In this document: piece after piece, positions 47,862 through 57,912 of the stretch | Numbering within the stretch: position 1 is the first letter of the stretch | Layout of the letters: every line of letters begins with the position of its first letter | NCBI GenBank assembly: GCA_038850115.1 | Contig: JAWCMB010000004.1 | Coordinates: 7,091-71,090 of the forward strand | DNA: 64,000 nucleotides | Direction of reading: 5' to 3' | Source of the DNA: Thermoproteota archaeon | GTDB taxonomy: Archaea > Thermoproteota > EX4484-205 > JAAOZP01 | Translations under genes and position numbers: made by a program | The notes under the pieces: model-generated | Told to the model about the DNA's origin: nothing | Database searches by the model: none | What the model saw: the letters and a program-made list of their open reading frames with translations, nothing else

Positions 47862-49153
47862 AAGAGGATAATCTTACTCTGAGAGGGATGCGGAACCTGT
47901 TGCCGGATGAGAAGGCGAAGTTGAACAGGATCGAGAGCGAGATAAGAAGACTTTTCAAAATATATGGTTTCCAAGAGGTTGAAACACCTGCTGTAGAACC
48001 CCTTGAACTCTTCGAGCTGAAATCCGGGGAGGAGATTAGACACAGGATGTACAGGTTCACGGATCTCGGCGGCAGGGAGGTCGTGTTAAGGCCGGAGGCA
48101 ACAGCCTCAATAGTGAAGCTTGTTGTACAGGAGTTGCGTAGCGCTCCGCTTCCGATAAAAATAGGCTACGTGTTGAATGCTTTCAGGTATGATGAGCCGC
48201 AATACGGGAGATACAGGGAGTTTAAACAGGGTGGTTTCGAAATATTTGGGGCTAAGAGCCCGCTGGCGGATGCGGAGATCCTCGAAATCTCTTCAAGGCT
48301 GATGGGGGGTCTCGGGATAAAGGATTACTACATAAAGATAGGGCATGAAGGCGTTTTAAGAGCAGCTTTAACTCATCTGGACATTGAGGAGAATGTTCAG
48401 GACAATGTTTTAGGCTTGATAGATAAGGAGAGGCTTACCGAGGCCTTCGAAATACTTGGTGCTCTCCCGAAGGGCGGGGAAGCCATTAGCATCATTAGAA
48501 GCCTCTGGGAGATTAAAAGCAAGGATCCGGATGAAGCCATTAGAAAAGCCAATGTAGTCTTGAAGGATATTCCTGAGGCGGTTGACCAACTGGAGAACTT
48601 GAACGAGATAATAGAGCTTGCCAAAGCCAGTAGGGTGGGCGAGTTCCTCGTCGACATGGGTTTCGCAAGAGGCCTCGACTATTACACCGGAATGATCTTC
48701 GAGGTTTATGTGAAAGACCTTAAGATCGCTGTCAACGGTGGCGGGAGGTATGATAAGCTGGCGGGCCTCTTGGGGTGGGATATTCCTGCTGTCGGCTGCG
48801 CACCCGGGATAGATCGATTAAGCCTTGCGATAGATGAGGAGGCTGTTCCTCGAGACTATGTGGTTTGCGTGATCGTGAGCATGGTTAAGGAGGGCGATAT
48901 TATCGCAGCGAGGCTCGCAGCCATGTTGAGGATGAAAGGGGTTCCGACGCTGGTTGACTACACTAGAAGAGATGTTAGCAAGGCTCTCTCCTATGCTTCG
49001 AAGAGAAACGTTAAGTACGTTGCGTTAATCGGCGGCAGGGAGGTTGAGGCTAACACTGTTGCTTTGAAAAACATGGAGACAGGAAGCCAGGAGGAGCTTA
49101 AAATCGAACAGGTTGTTGAAAAACTATCGTCTTACAGCTTTCAGAAAACTTAA
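47858..49153 (+). CDS. hisS: Histidyl-tRNA synthetase
   Basis: Class II motifs are present: LRPEATAS, FRYDEPQ.GRYREF.Q and GGGRYD. A C-terminal anticodon-binding domain follows. Confidence 0.95.
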   Translation: MKEDNLTLRGMRNLLPDEKAKLNRIESEIRRLFKIYGFQEVETPAVEPLELFELKSGEEIRHRMYRFTDLGGREVVLRPEATASIVKLVVQELRSAPLPIKIGYVLNAFRYDEPQYGRYREFKQGGFEIFGAKSPLADAEILEISSRLMGGLGIKDYYIKIGHEGVLRAALTHLDIEENVQDNVLGLIDKERLTEAFEILGALPKGGEAISIIRSLWEIKSKDPDEAIRKANVVLKDIPEAVDQLENLNEIIELAKASRVGEFLVDMGFARGLDYYTGMIFEVYVKDLKIAVNGGGRYDKLAGLLGWDIPAVGCAPGIDRLSLAIDEEAVPRDYVVCVIVSMVKEGDIIAARLAAMLRMKGVPTLVDYTRRDVSKALSYASKRNVKYVALIGGREVEANTVALKNMETGSQEELKIEQVVEKLSSYSFQKT

Positions 49154-49156
49154 TTA

Positions 49157-50275
49157 TCACTTCCCAGAGAGAAGATGCAAGTTTCCTATCCTAACTTTCT
49201 TTAAATATTTTTTAGCTACCTCATAGCATTCATATGCTTGCTTCCGACTTGTGATTGCCAGATCGTTCATAACATAGCGCGGATAAAAAGCTAGAAGCGT
49301 GTAGGGTATCCCAGGGTTAACCTCCGCTATGAACCTGGCGATATCCTCAACCTCAGCCGCGTCAACATATCCTGGAATAAGGAGCGTGCTGGCAGTTAAA
49401 ATAGGCACCTCAGGGCGCTGCTTGAAGAACCTCTCACCTATTTCCCTGAAATTATCAAACGCAGCTCTGTTTGAAACCCCGCACAATACTCTGCTAAGGT
49501 TTTCATCCCACACTTTAAGGTCGAACTTCACAATGCCGCCGCTCTTAAGAGAAAGCTCCGCCGCCTTCAAGGCGAAAGCCCTAGACATGTTTCCATTAGT
49601 CTCCCAGCATACTCTCAGCATGCGGCCCTCTGTCTCTGCTTTTTGAAGAGCAATCCGGCTGGTTTCAAGAGCATGCATCATCTGCGTGGAAGGGTCACCT
49701 CCGAAAAAGCAGATGCATGAAACACTCCGGTCAGCCTTAGAAGCGAGCTCCTCAGAGCTTATGAGGGGGCTCAGGCTTTGAGACATTTGTCTGAAATGCC
49801 AGTTCTGGCAGAAAAGACAGTCAAAACTACAGCTCCCATAGAACACGGCGAGATTCGAAAATCCCTCCTCAACGCCCGGCTTGTAGGCATACTTAGGGTA
49901 GCCTGCGCCTGTGCAGCCTGGGCAGAACCACCATGCGACACAGTTAGTTGGAAGAGGATCGTAATACCATTCTAATAGTCCCCTCTCCAGCGTCCCGCCA
50001 AGCCTGGTTAAACGGCCGTTAGAATTCAAAACTAGCCCGCAGAACCCTTTCTCCCCTGGCTTGATTTTGCACTCGTTAGCACAGACGCCGCATGGTAAAC
50101 CATTAGGGTCCTTAGGGGGGGCCGGCGGAAGCCCGAAGACTCTTCTCGTAGCATCGTGAACACGCTTAGCTATTTCGCCAGCCTCCTCCGGCGTTCTTCT
50201 TATGCATTTTAAACAAACACCTAGCTGGCCGGCTATTAGAGGAGACTCGTCTCCGCAAATCAAACACCTTCCCAA
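49157..50275 (-). CDS. Radical SAM enzyme of the PflA-activase/AmmeMemoRadiSam-like group with an N-terminal Cys-rich extension
   Basis: The CSFDCLFCQNW motif is of CX3CX2C type. The N-terminus has CLICG...CLKC and CGVCANEC. Confidence 0.8.
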   Translation of the reverse strand: MGRCLICGDESPLIAGQLGVCLKCIRRTPEEAGEIAKRVHDATRRVFGLPPAPPKDPNGLPCGVCANECKIKPGEKGFCGLVLNSNGRLTRLGGTLERGLLEWYYDPLPTNCVAWWFCPGCTGAGYPKYAYKPGVEEGFSNLAVFYGSCSFDCLFCQNWHFRQMSQSLSPLISSEELASKADRSVSCICFFGGDPSTQMMHALETSRIALQKAETEGRMLRVCWETNGNMSRAFALKAAELSLKSGGIVKFDLKVWDENLSRVLCGVSNRAAFDNFREIGERFFKQRPEVPILTASTLLIPGYVDAAEVEDIARFIAEVNPGIPYTLLAFYPRYVMNDLAITSRKQAYECYEVAKKYLKKVRIGNLHLLSGK

Positions 50276-50506
50276 CAGCCTTTCCCCTAAATATTCTCTG
50301 AAGGAGCATTTATTTTAAACTTAGGAACTCGAACCGCTGACTCACCCTTCAGCCTCTTCATCTCCTAGTTCCTGCCTTAACTGCTCGTAAGCAGCTTCAG
50401 CCTCTTCTTCCTCATATATCTCTCATTTGTTAATTTCCAATATTTGGTTTAAAGTTTTCATGCTCAGAAGAGTAATATTATGAAAGCGTTTTGATACTTT
50501 CTCTCT

Positions 50507-50887
50507 TTGCCTAAAGCAATAAATACTGATGAGAGACCCAGAATCATAATGGAGAGCTTCATTCCTCCGTGTGGTGCTTACTGCAAAGCTTGTAAGAGCC
50601 ATGGTAGAGAGTGCGCCGGCTGCGTAGAGACAAATGGGAAGCCCTTCTTTCTGAGGGAGATGGATCTGGATGTCTGCCCAGTTTGGCAATGCGTGGAGAA
50701 GCATGGAGTGGAGCACTGCGGTAACTGTGGAGAATTTCCTTGCGGCGAATTTCTAAACTGGTATGACCCGGCTAGGGGTATAGTCACATCCCTAAGGAGG
50801 GCGGGGTTACTAGCCTTAAGGAAAAGAATAGGAGACAAATCATGGGTCAAATGGGTTAAGGAAAAGAAGATAGAGTTTGGGGGCTGA
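50507..50887 (+). CDS. DUF3795-like cysteine-rich protein. The probable start is the ATG at 50549 (MESFIPP...).
   Basis: The sequence is CGAYCKACKSHGRECAGC...CPVWQC...HCGNCGEFPC. Confidence 0.6.
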   Translation: MPKAINTDERPRIIMESFIPPCGAYCKACKSHGRECAGCVETNGKPFFLREMDLDVCPVWQCVEKHGVEHCGNCGEFPCGEFLNWYDPARGIVTSLRRAGLLALRKRIGDKSWVKWVKEKKIEFGG

Positions 50888-51200
50888 TCTCAAAATAATG
50901 TTTTTCGAAGTTAACTATCCTGCCGTTCTTAACTTTAACCCCTTCTTTAGCCAGCATCCTTGCTTTCTTCCCTACTCCTTTCATGCCCTCGTAGCCGCCA
51001 AGCCTTCCATCGCTATACACGACCCTATGGCATGGTACAGTCGGTGCATAGGGGTTGCTCCTCATTAATGCTCCAATAGCCCTTGCAGAATCAGGATGCC
51101 CAACAGCCCTAGCCAACGCCCCGTATGTAGTAACCCTTCCCTTTGGAACCTGCTTAAGCAACTCGTAAACAAGCCTTCGGTCAATAACCTTCTTTTTCAT
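50856..51200 (-). CDS. ogt: Methylated-DNA-protein-cysteine methyltransferase (single-domain MGMT/Ogt)
   Basis: It has the active-site PCHRVV and the HTH TTYGALARAVG. Confidence 0.8.
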   Translation of the reverse strand: MKKKVIDRRLVYELLKQVPKGRVTTYGALARAVGHPDSARAIGALMRSNPYAPTVPCHRVVYSDGRLGGYEGMKGVGKKARMLAKEGVKVKNGRIVNFEKHYFEISPQTLSSFP

Positions 51201-51320
51201 AAGCCTGTTAAGGCATGCGGGAATTTAACCCTTTGGGCAAGTCCTAGATAATGTTGAATAAAATGGGACTAACAATAATGATAAATATGGGTTCAACTAC
51301 TCTCATTAAGCAGTAGGCAT

Positions 51321-51833
51321 ATGCCGGGACCGGTAGTAATAGTAGATTATGATCCTCAATGGCCACTTTTATACGAGGAGGAAAAGAAAAATATACTGGC
51401 TGTCATTGGGCATAAGGTTTTGGCTATTGAGCATGTTGGAAGCACCGCTGTGCTAGGATTAGGGGCTAAGCCGATTATTGACATTATGGCATACGTTGGC
51501 GGTGCATCAGACGCGGATGAATGCATCCCTCTGCTTATGCGAATAGGGTATACTGATGTTACTCATCAGGAGGGAAACCCTGATTGGTATTACTGCTTGG
51601 GTAAGGGGGTTCACAGTGTAGGATACCATCTGCATCTAGTGAGGCACGGTAGCGATTTTGCTAAAAAACACCTTATATTCCGCGACTTCCTACGCACCCA
51701 TCCAGATGTGGCACAACAATATTACGAAATGAAGAGAAAAATGGCTGCGAGGTACCGGTTTAATCGGGTTGCCTACACCGAGTCAAAAACGTTATTTATT
51801 GAATCTATAGTTGCCAGGGCTAGGCAAGAGTAA
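51321..51833 (+). CDS. GrpB-family (nucleotidyltransferase-fold) protein
   Basis: It contains YDPQWP, IEHVGSTAV.G..AKPIIDI and HLHLV. Confidence 0.8.
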   Translation: MPGPVVIVDYDPQWPLLYEEEKKNILAVIGHKVLAIEHVGSTAVLGLGAKPIIDIMAYVGGASDADECIPLLMRIGYTDVTHQEGNPDWYYCLGKGVHSVGYHLHLVRHGSDFAKKHLIFRDFLRTHPDVAQQYYEMKRKMAARYRFNRVAYTESKTLFIESIVARARQE

Positions 51834-51918
51834 ATATTAAAATAAGCTTCGCAGTACTCAGCTGTATACTAGAAACCAAGCCCTATTCTTATAAACCTGT
51901 TATGCTTGTAGAGAGCTT

Positions 51919-52194
51919 ATGGAGAAGCTTGAGGAAGCAGTGTTAAAAGCCGTAGACGAGTATAACAAGTATAGAAGCCCAGAGGCTAAGGCTAGACTCA
52001 TCAAGATTCGGGAGGATGGGCTTATTATTGATTTCGAAGGAACTTTCTGCCAGACCTGTGGAGTCTACGATTATCTTGAAGACTTCATATATGAGCTTCA
52101 GAGGTTCGTCGACATGAGCACTGAGATTTTAAACTTTAAACAATATGAGCCGGGGAAGATTAGAGTTGAGTATAGGCTGAAAAGAACGGATTAG
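51919..52194 (+). CDS. Hypothetical 91-aa protein
   Basis: This is an ORF only. It has a single CQTCG motif and I recognise no family. Confidence 0.35.
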   Translation: MEKLEEAVLKAVDEYNKYRSPEAKARLIKIREDGLIIDFEGTFCQTCGVYDYLEDFIYELQRFVDMSTEILNFKQYEPGKIRVEYRLKRTD

Positions 52195-52255
52195 CAAGAA
52201 AAAATTCTCGAAGGGAAGGTGCTCCCGGGCTGTTCGAAAACTTTAACTGTTTTCC

Positions 52256-53581
52256 TTGGATTATCGATACATGTTAACAGTTAGAAGGAAGATAGATCTC
52301 CTGAGGTTTGAGCTTATTCAGGCAGCAGAGGAAGGAAAGGATGTGGAAAAATACAGGGAGAAGTTAGCCTCGCTCGACGAGTTGAAAGCTGGGCACAGGG
52401 AGCTGGATGAACTTTACGAGGAGATGTTGTCCTCGCCCACTTTGGCTGGTTGGCTGTATGCTGAACCAGACAGCCTAGAGGAAATAAGGAGGAGTGCGAA
52501 CCCGCCTAAGGATGAGGAGGCGTGGATAAGCAGGCATGAGCTCCGAGACAGGATGCTGGGAGCCTGGTTTGGAAGAATAGCGGGAAACATGCTTGGGAAG
52601 CCTGTGGAAGGCTGGCCTAAGAATAGAATAGAAGAGTATCTTAAGAAGGCTGGATGTTATCCGCTTGACTACTATGTTCCCGAGCTTATTCCCCATGTTG
52701 AGAAAGGGCTTCAAGGATACTACAGGGTGGGCGGGCTTCGCGGGAACTTGAACAGGGCTCTGAGAGATGATGATCTAGACTATACTATACTGGGCCTACT
52801 AGTGTTGGAGAGGAGGGGCTTCAGCTTTACTACGGATGATGTTGCTGAAGAATGGTTGAGCCGGCTGCCCTTCCACCTTACCTACACTGCTGAGAGGGAG
52901 GCTTACAGGAACCTTACACTCGGCCTGAAGCCTCCTGAAACAGCAACTTTCTGGAATCCTTTCAGAGAGTGGATAGGTGCCCAAATAAGGGCGGACCCAT
53001 GGGGATACGCAAACCCGATGAGGCCTTGGTGTGCAGCAGAGATGGCTTACAGGGATGCTAGACTCTCTCATGTTAAGAACGGGGTTTACGGCGAGATGCT
53101 GGTGGCAGCCATGGTTGCATCAGCCTTCGCTGAATCGAAACCGGTGGAAGTTGTTGAGAAAGGGTTCTCATGCATACCCAAGGAAAGCAGGTTGGCTGAA
53201 GCAGTAAGGTGCTGCATCGACATTTGGAGGAAGCATGGGGACTTTGACTCGGCTTATGAGAAGGCAATGTCCAAGTATGGGCGTTACCATCCGGTTCACA
53301 CGATAAACAACGCGGTGATAGTTGTTCTCGCCCTGCTTTATGGTGAGGGAGATTTCGAGAAATCCATATGCTTAAGCGTGTCCGGTGGGCTTGACACGGA
53401 CTGCAACGGGGCGACAGTGGGATCTATAGTTGGCACCATGGTTGGCTTTAAAGGCATACCGGAGAAATGGCATTCACCGTTGAACAACACTTTGGATTCA
53501 GCACTATCAGGCTTGAAGGAGCTTAGGATATCTGAACTGGCTGAGAGAACAGTGGAAGTCGTAGCTGAGAACTGGATTTAG
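52256..53581 (+). CDS. ADP-ribosylglycohydrolase-family protein with an N-terminal extension of about 100 aa
   Basis: It contains GAWFGRIAGNMLGKPVEG, DDDLDYT and GGLDTDCNGATVGSIVG, the metal-binding signatures of the ARH/DraG fold. Confidence 0.8.
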   Translation: MDYRYMLTVRRKIDLLRFELIQAAEEGKDVEKYREKLASLDELKAGHRELDELYEEMLSSPTLAGWLYAEPDSLEEIRRSANPPKDEEAWISRHELRDRMLGAWFGRIAGNMLGKPVEGWPKNRIEEYLKKAGCYPLDYYVPELIPHVEKGLQGYYRVGGLRGNLNRALRDDDLDYTILGLLVLERRGFSFTTDDVAEEWLSRLPFHLTYTAEREAYRNLTLGLKPPETATFWNPFREWIGAQIRADPWGYANPMRPWCAAEMAYRDARLSHVKNGVYGEMLVAAMVASAFAESKPVEVVEKGFSCIPKESRLAEAVRCCIDIWRKHGDFDSAYEKAMSKYGRYHPVHTINNAVIVVLALLYGEGDFEKSICLSVSGGLDTDCNGATVGSIVGTMVGFKGIPEKWHSPLNNTLDSALSGLKELRISELAERTVEVVAENWI

Positions 53582-53931
53582 CCTTCTACAAGAGAAGGAT
53601 AAGTTTAGAACTAGACCGGATCAGGAAGCTGGCGTGCAGATAGTTGTTGTGTTCAAGGGTAAAAATTGCAAGTCTTCTTGCAGAATCATAGTGACTGTTG
53701 CGAATAATCATTGAACTACTGGTAGCAGAGTATTCTTCAAAATATGGAGCAATGCGACCGAAAATTCTGGCTGATCTTTTGTTCGCAATTAGGATTCCTT
53801 TTGACAACCAGTTCTGTCGCTGTCAGATCCCTCTCGATTTTAACATTTCCGTGTTAATTCTGCATGCCACACCCCCCATCTTATTGTAAAAATTTAAATG
53901 CTACGCTTCCTATCGGCTTTTCGAACCTAAG

Positions 53932-55215
53932 ATGAGCCAGTCAAAGTTTGGCGGAATGACGATTCTTCTGATAGCAATCTCTCTCATCATAGGGCTGGCT
54001 GCAGGATACTTTATAGGTGGTGCGGGTAAAGTTTCTGAGTCTCAATACAACCAGCTTCAAGCATCGTACAACCAGCTTCAGACACTGTACAACCAGCTTC
54101 AGCAAAACGTCAGCGCAATCACTAGAAAGCTTAAAGCAGGATTCATATACGTGGGTCCCGTTGAAGACTTCGGTTGGACTGCTGCACACCATCAGGCTAA
54201 GATATATGTTGAAAACCTCTTTCCGTGGCTTGAAACAGTTTACGTAGAGTCTGTTCCAGAGGCTGAGGCTGCGAGGTATATTGAGAGGCTTGTTACTGAG
54301 GAGAATGTTGACGTGGTTTTCACAACCAGCTTCGGATTCATGGATCCAACGATAGAAGTTGCTCAAAAATATCCTGATAAAATGTTCTTCCACTGCAGTG
54401 GTTTCAAAAGAGCTCCTAACTCTGGAACATACTTTGCGGACTTCTATCAGGTTTATTATCTGAACGGGTTGATGGCGGGTGCCTTAACCAAGAGTAACAA
54501 GGTTGGCTATGTGGCGGCCTACCCGATACCGGAAGTCCTCAGGCATATCAATGCGTTCGCACTAGGTGTTAAGGAGGCTAATCCTGAGGCAAAGGTCTAC
54601 GTGAGATGGCTCTTCGCATGGTATGATCCGACTCACGCTAGGGAGGCTGCTCAGGCACTAGTGAGTATTGGTGTCGATACAATCGCCTTCACGGAGGATT
54701 CCACGGCCATAGTTGAGTTCGCTCAGGAACAGTACCGGCAGGGAAAGACGCTCTACGTTTTCTCTCACTACAGCCCGATGCAGGATGTTGGTCCCGATGT
54801 CGTGGTGAGCGGCCAGATAGTCCACTGGGAGGTTATCTATGCCGACATACTTATGAAGATCAGAATGGGTATCTACAATAAGACTAACCTGGCTAATGTC
54901 GACTACCTTTGGTTACTCAAGGAGAGTGCGGTGGAACTCGGGGGTAAGCCTGGAATACCGGTAAACCCGAAGTTCGTTAACGAGTTGAAGAGTAAGTATC
55001 TGCCGGGTCAGCCTTTAAGCGTGTATGACGCTGTTATGACTAGGCTTACGCTGATGAAGGATGCCAACGTGCCTTTCGACCCGTTCACAGGCCCGATTCG
55101 AGATCAGGCTGGGAACGTTAAGATTCCAGCGGGCCAGAGGGCGACTATAGCCCAGCTTTTCACAGAGGAAATGAACTGGTTCCTGGATAACATAATAGGA
55201 TCGCCGTCAGGATGA
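53932..55215 (+). CDS. BMP-family (PnrA/Med-like) ABC substrate-binding protein with TM anchor and coiled-coil stalk
   Basis: It has an N-terminal TM helix and a QYNQLQ repeat. The BMP core follows (GFIYVGPVEDFGWT..., GYVAAYPIPEV). Confidence 0.85.
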   Translation: MSQSKFGGMTILLIAISLIIGLAAGYFIGGAGKVSESQYNQLQASYNQLQTLYNQLQQNVSAITRKLKAGFIYVGPVEDFGWTAAHHQAKIYVENLFPWLETVYVESVPEAEAARYIERLVTEENVDVVFTTSFGFMDPTIEVAQKYPDKMFFHCSGFKRAPNSGTYFADFYQVYYLNGLMAGALTKSNKVGYVAAYPIPEVLRHINAFALGVKEANPEAKVYVRWLFAWYDPTHAREAAQALVSIGVDTIAFTEDSTAIVEFAQEQYRQGKTLYVFSHYSPMQDVGPDVVVSGQIVHWEVIYADILMKIRMGIYNKTNLANVDYLWLLKESAVELGGKPGIPVNPKFVNELKSKYLPGQPLSVYDAVMTRLTLMKDANVPFDPFTGPIRDQAGNVKIPAGQRATIAQLFTEEMNWFLDNIIGSPSG

Positions 55216-55268
55216 TTCGAGAAACGTCTTTCCACCTCGTTTTTTTCTCCAAGGGATGTTGACAAGGC

Positions 55269-56783
55269 TTGGCGAATAATTCTAATTATCTTGTTGAAAT
55301 GCGGGGGATTGTTAAAAGGTTCCCAACGGTCGTCGCGCTGGATAATGTTGATTTCGGGGTTAGACAGGGGGAAATACATGCTCTTCTAGGCGAGAACGGC
55401 GCGGGTAAAACAACCCTTATGAGAATACTCTACGGCATGTATAAGCCTGACGCTGGCGAGATAATTGTGGAGGGCCGTAGGGTAAGCATAGGTTCACCAA
55501 GAGATGCGCTGAAAATGGGGATAGGGATGGTTCACCAGCATTTCATGCTTGTGGACAAGCTTACTGTTTTGGAGAACATTGCACTTTTTGTCGAGGACAG
55601 CTTAAGGACAGGTTTTGACAGGATTAGGAGCAGAGTGGAGTATCTTTCTAAGACGTATGGTTTAAAGATCGATCTTGATGCGAAAATCTGGCAGCTTTCA
55701 GCAGGGGAGCAGCAGAAGGTTGAAATAGTGAAATCGCTTTACAGGAATGTTAAACTCCTGATCTTGGACGAGCCTACTTCTGTCTTAACACCCGTCGAGT
55801 CAGAGGAGCTTTTCAAATCTTTAAGGAGGATGGTTGAAACAGGCAAGTCAATCATCCTGATTACACATAGGCTTAACGAGGCACTTATGGCCAGTGATTC
55901 CATAACGGTTCTGAGGAAGGGGAGGGTTGTTGCGGCTGAAGTTAAGCCGCGTGAGGCAAGTAGACTCGACCTGGTTAACATGATAGTCGGCAGGCCTTTG
56001 GAGTTCAGGCCCAGGGTTGACAATTTTAAGAAAGACGGTAAGCCGGTTTTAGAAGTTGAGAATCTAAGGGTTTTAGATGACAGGGGGCTCATAGCTGTCA
56101 AGGATGTTTCCTTCGTTCTGAAAGAGGGTGAGATCTTGGGTGTAGCGGGGGTTGCGGGGAATGGTCAAAGGGAGCTTGTTGAAGCCCTCACGGGTCTGAG
56201 GAGAGTTGAAAAAGGAACCGTGAAAATGGTGGGGGTGGATGTTACGAATGCTTCTCCTAAGAATATTATCCGGCTGGGTGTTGCCCACATCCCTGAGGAC
56301 AGGTTTAGGTATGGTGTTGCACCCGATCTCAGTGTTGCAGAGAACATGATTATGAAGCTCTACGGGGAAAAGTTTTCAAGGAAAATATTTATGGATAGCG
56401 GGGCGATTCAAAAGGAGACGGAAAAACTCGTCCAAGAGTTCGAGATAGTTGCACCGGGCGTGAATGCTCCAGTAAGCCTCCTCTCAGGCGGGAACGTTCA
56501 GAAACTGATAGTGGCAAGAGAGCTCTCGATAAATCCTAAGATACTTGTCGCAAGCAACCCTACCTCAGGCCTAGACGTTGCTTCCACAAACTATGTACAC
56601 TGGGTCTTCCACAGGCTTAGAGAAGCCGGGGCTAGTGTCCTCCTTGTTTCCGAAGACTTGGAGGAGGTTTTAGCTTTAAGCAACAGGATACTTGTGATGA
56701 AGGAGGGTAAAATAGTCAGAGAATTTGGGGAAGGAGCCTCGATCAGCGAAGTCGGGCTTGCAATGACAGCAGGAGCAGCGTAA
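55269..56783 (+). CDS. ABC transporter ATP-binding protein with duplicated ATPase domains (CUT2/nucleoside type)
   Basis: It contains GENGAGKTT, LSAGEQQKVEI and LILDEPT. The second half has LSGGNVQK. Confidence 0.9.
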   Translation: MANNSNYLVEMRGIVKRFPTVVALDNVDFGVRQGEIHALLGENGAGKTTLMRILYGMYKPDAGEIIVEGRRVSIGSPRDALKMGIGMVHQHFMLVDKLTVLENIALFVEDSLRTGFDRIRSRVEYLSKTYGLKIDLDAKIWQLSAGEQQKVEIVKSLYRNVKLLILDEPTSVLTPVESEELFKSLRRMVETGKSIILITHRLNEALMASDSITVLRKGRVVAAEVKPREASRLDLVNMIVGRPLEFRPRVDNFKKDGKPVLEVENLRVLDDRGLIAVKDVSFVLKEGEILGVAGVAGNGQRELVEALTGLRRVEKGTVKMVGVDVTNASPKNIIRLGVAHIPEDRFRYGVAPDLSVAENMIMKLYGEKFSRKIFMDSGAIQKETEKLVQEFEIVAPGVNAPVSLLSGGNVQKLIVARELSINPKILVASNPTSGLDVASTNYVHWVFHRLREAGASVLLVSEDLEEVLALSNRILVMKEGKIVREFGEGASISEVGLAMTAGAA

Positions 56784-56826
56784 CCATGAACAAGCGAAGT
56801 ATTAAAATACGCGTGTTTAAGCAGCA

Positions 56827-57912
56827 GTGCGAAGATTGGAAATAGGGCTGGAGAGAAGGCCAACCGTATCTAGGAGGATCAACATATCTGCCAGAATACT
56901 CGCCATCCTACTGTCCCTCCCGTTTATAGGCCTCTTATTCGCCGCTTACGGCGTGAACCCGGTTGACGCCTATCTAAGGATCTTTACAGGAGGCTTTGGA
57001 AGCCCGTACGGTTTCTCTGAGACTATCGTGAAGACACTGCCAGTGGGATTATGCGCCATCGGACTCACCTTCGCCTATAAGGCGAGAGTGTTAAACATAG
57101 GCGCCGAGGGGCAGCTGATAATGGGTTCCATGGCTGCAACATGGATAGCACTATACTCTGGTCTTCCGCAAAGCGTAATCATCATTGTGATGTTGCTTGC
57201 AGGTTTTATCGTTGGGGCGGCATGGGCATTGTTGCCGGCTCTGCTGAAATCAGGGCTCAATATTAATGAAGTCATAGTAACTCTCATGATGAACTACATA
57301 TCGCTAAAGCTGTTGGACTACGTGGTGACGGGTCCATGGAGAGGGTTAACGCAATGGGGGTTTCCCCAGACCGATCCTTTCCCCAGCTACGCTAGGTTCC
57401 CCACGTTAGGGGGAACCAGAATACACTACTACACTCTCATATTGCTCTCGGCTTCGACACTCATCCTATACGTGTTAATGAAGAGGACGAAGATCGGCTA
57501 TGAGATCAGGGTCGTGGGAAGTAATCCGGAGGCAGCTAAGTATGCTGGGATAAGCGTGAGCAGGAACATCCTGCTGGTCATGCTGGTTAGCGGGGGGCTT
57601 GCAGGAATTGCTGGAGTCGGGGAGGTCGCCGGCATACATGCGCGTCTCATAAGAGGAATATCCCCCGGCTACGGTTATACTGCGATAATCCCAGCTTGGC
57701 TCGGGGGACTTGACCCTCTGGGGACGCTCATCGCGTCATTCTTCATAAGCGGCTTGATGGTTGGGGGTGACGCAATACAGGTTTCTCTCAGGCTGCCGTC
57801 CAGCCTTGTATACGTGTTCAACGGTGTGATTCTCCTCTTCATCATCAGCAGCGAGGTTCTGGCTAGATACAGAATCGTGTTTAAAATAGGTGGTAGAAAA
57901 ATATGGATATAG
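56827..57912 (+). CDS. ABC transporter permease (BPD_transp_2 type)
   Basis: It is polytopic and hydrophobic, and it sits within the ABC operon. Confidence 0.85.
   Translation: MRRLEIGLERRPTVSRRINISARILAILLSLPFIGLLFAAYGVNPVDAYLRIFTGGFGSPYGFSETIVKTLPVGLCAIGLTFAYKARVLNIGAEGQLIMGSMAATWIALYSGLPQSVIIIVMLLAGFIVGAAWALLPALLKSGLNINEVIVTLMMNYISLKLLDYVVTGPWRGLTQWGFPQTDPFPSYARFPTLGGTRIHYYTLILLSASTLILYVLMKRTKIGYEIRVVGSNPEAAKYAGISVSRNILLVMLVSGGLAGIAGVGEVAGIHARLIRGISPGYGYTAIIPAWLGGLDPLGTLIASFFISGLMVGGDAIQVSLRLPSSLVYVFNGVILLFIISSEVLARYRIVFKIGGRKIWI

Noticed and set aside
49157-50275. A radical SAM enzyme, considered as the core of an AmmeMemoRadiSam system or a RiPP system
   Set aside because: No AMMECR1, Memo, SPASM-partner or precursor genes are in the window. 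The adjacent DUF3795-like and MGMT genes are on different strands and have no known functional link.
50290-50420. A minus-strand acidic peptide-like frame (…YEEEEAEAAYEQLRQELGDEEAEG*) between the radical SAM and DUF3795 genes
   Set aside because: There is no start codon after the upstream in-frame stop. It is probably a remnant or a chance frame.
54046-54101. Three 14-bp direct repeats TACAACCAGCTTCA at a 21-bp period
   Set aside because: They lie in frame inside the BMP binding-protein gene. They encode the heptad-like repeat YNQLQ of its stalk, so this is not a CRISPR array or a regulatory array.
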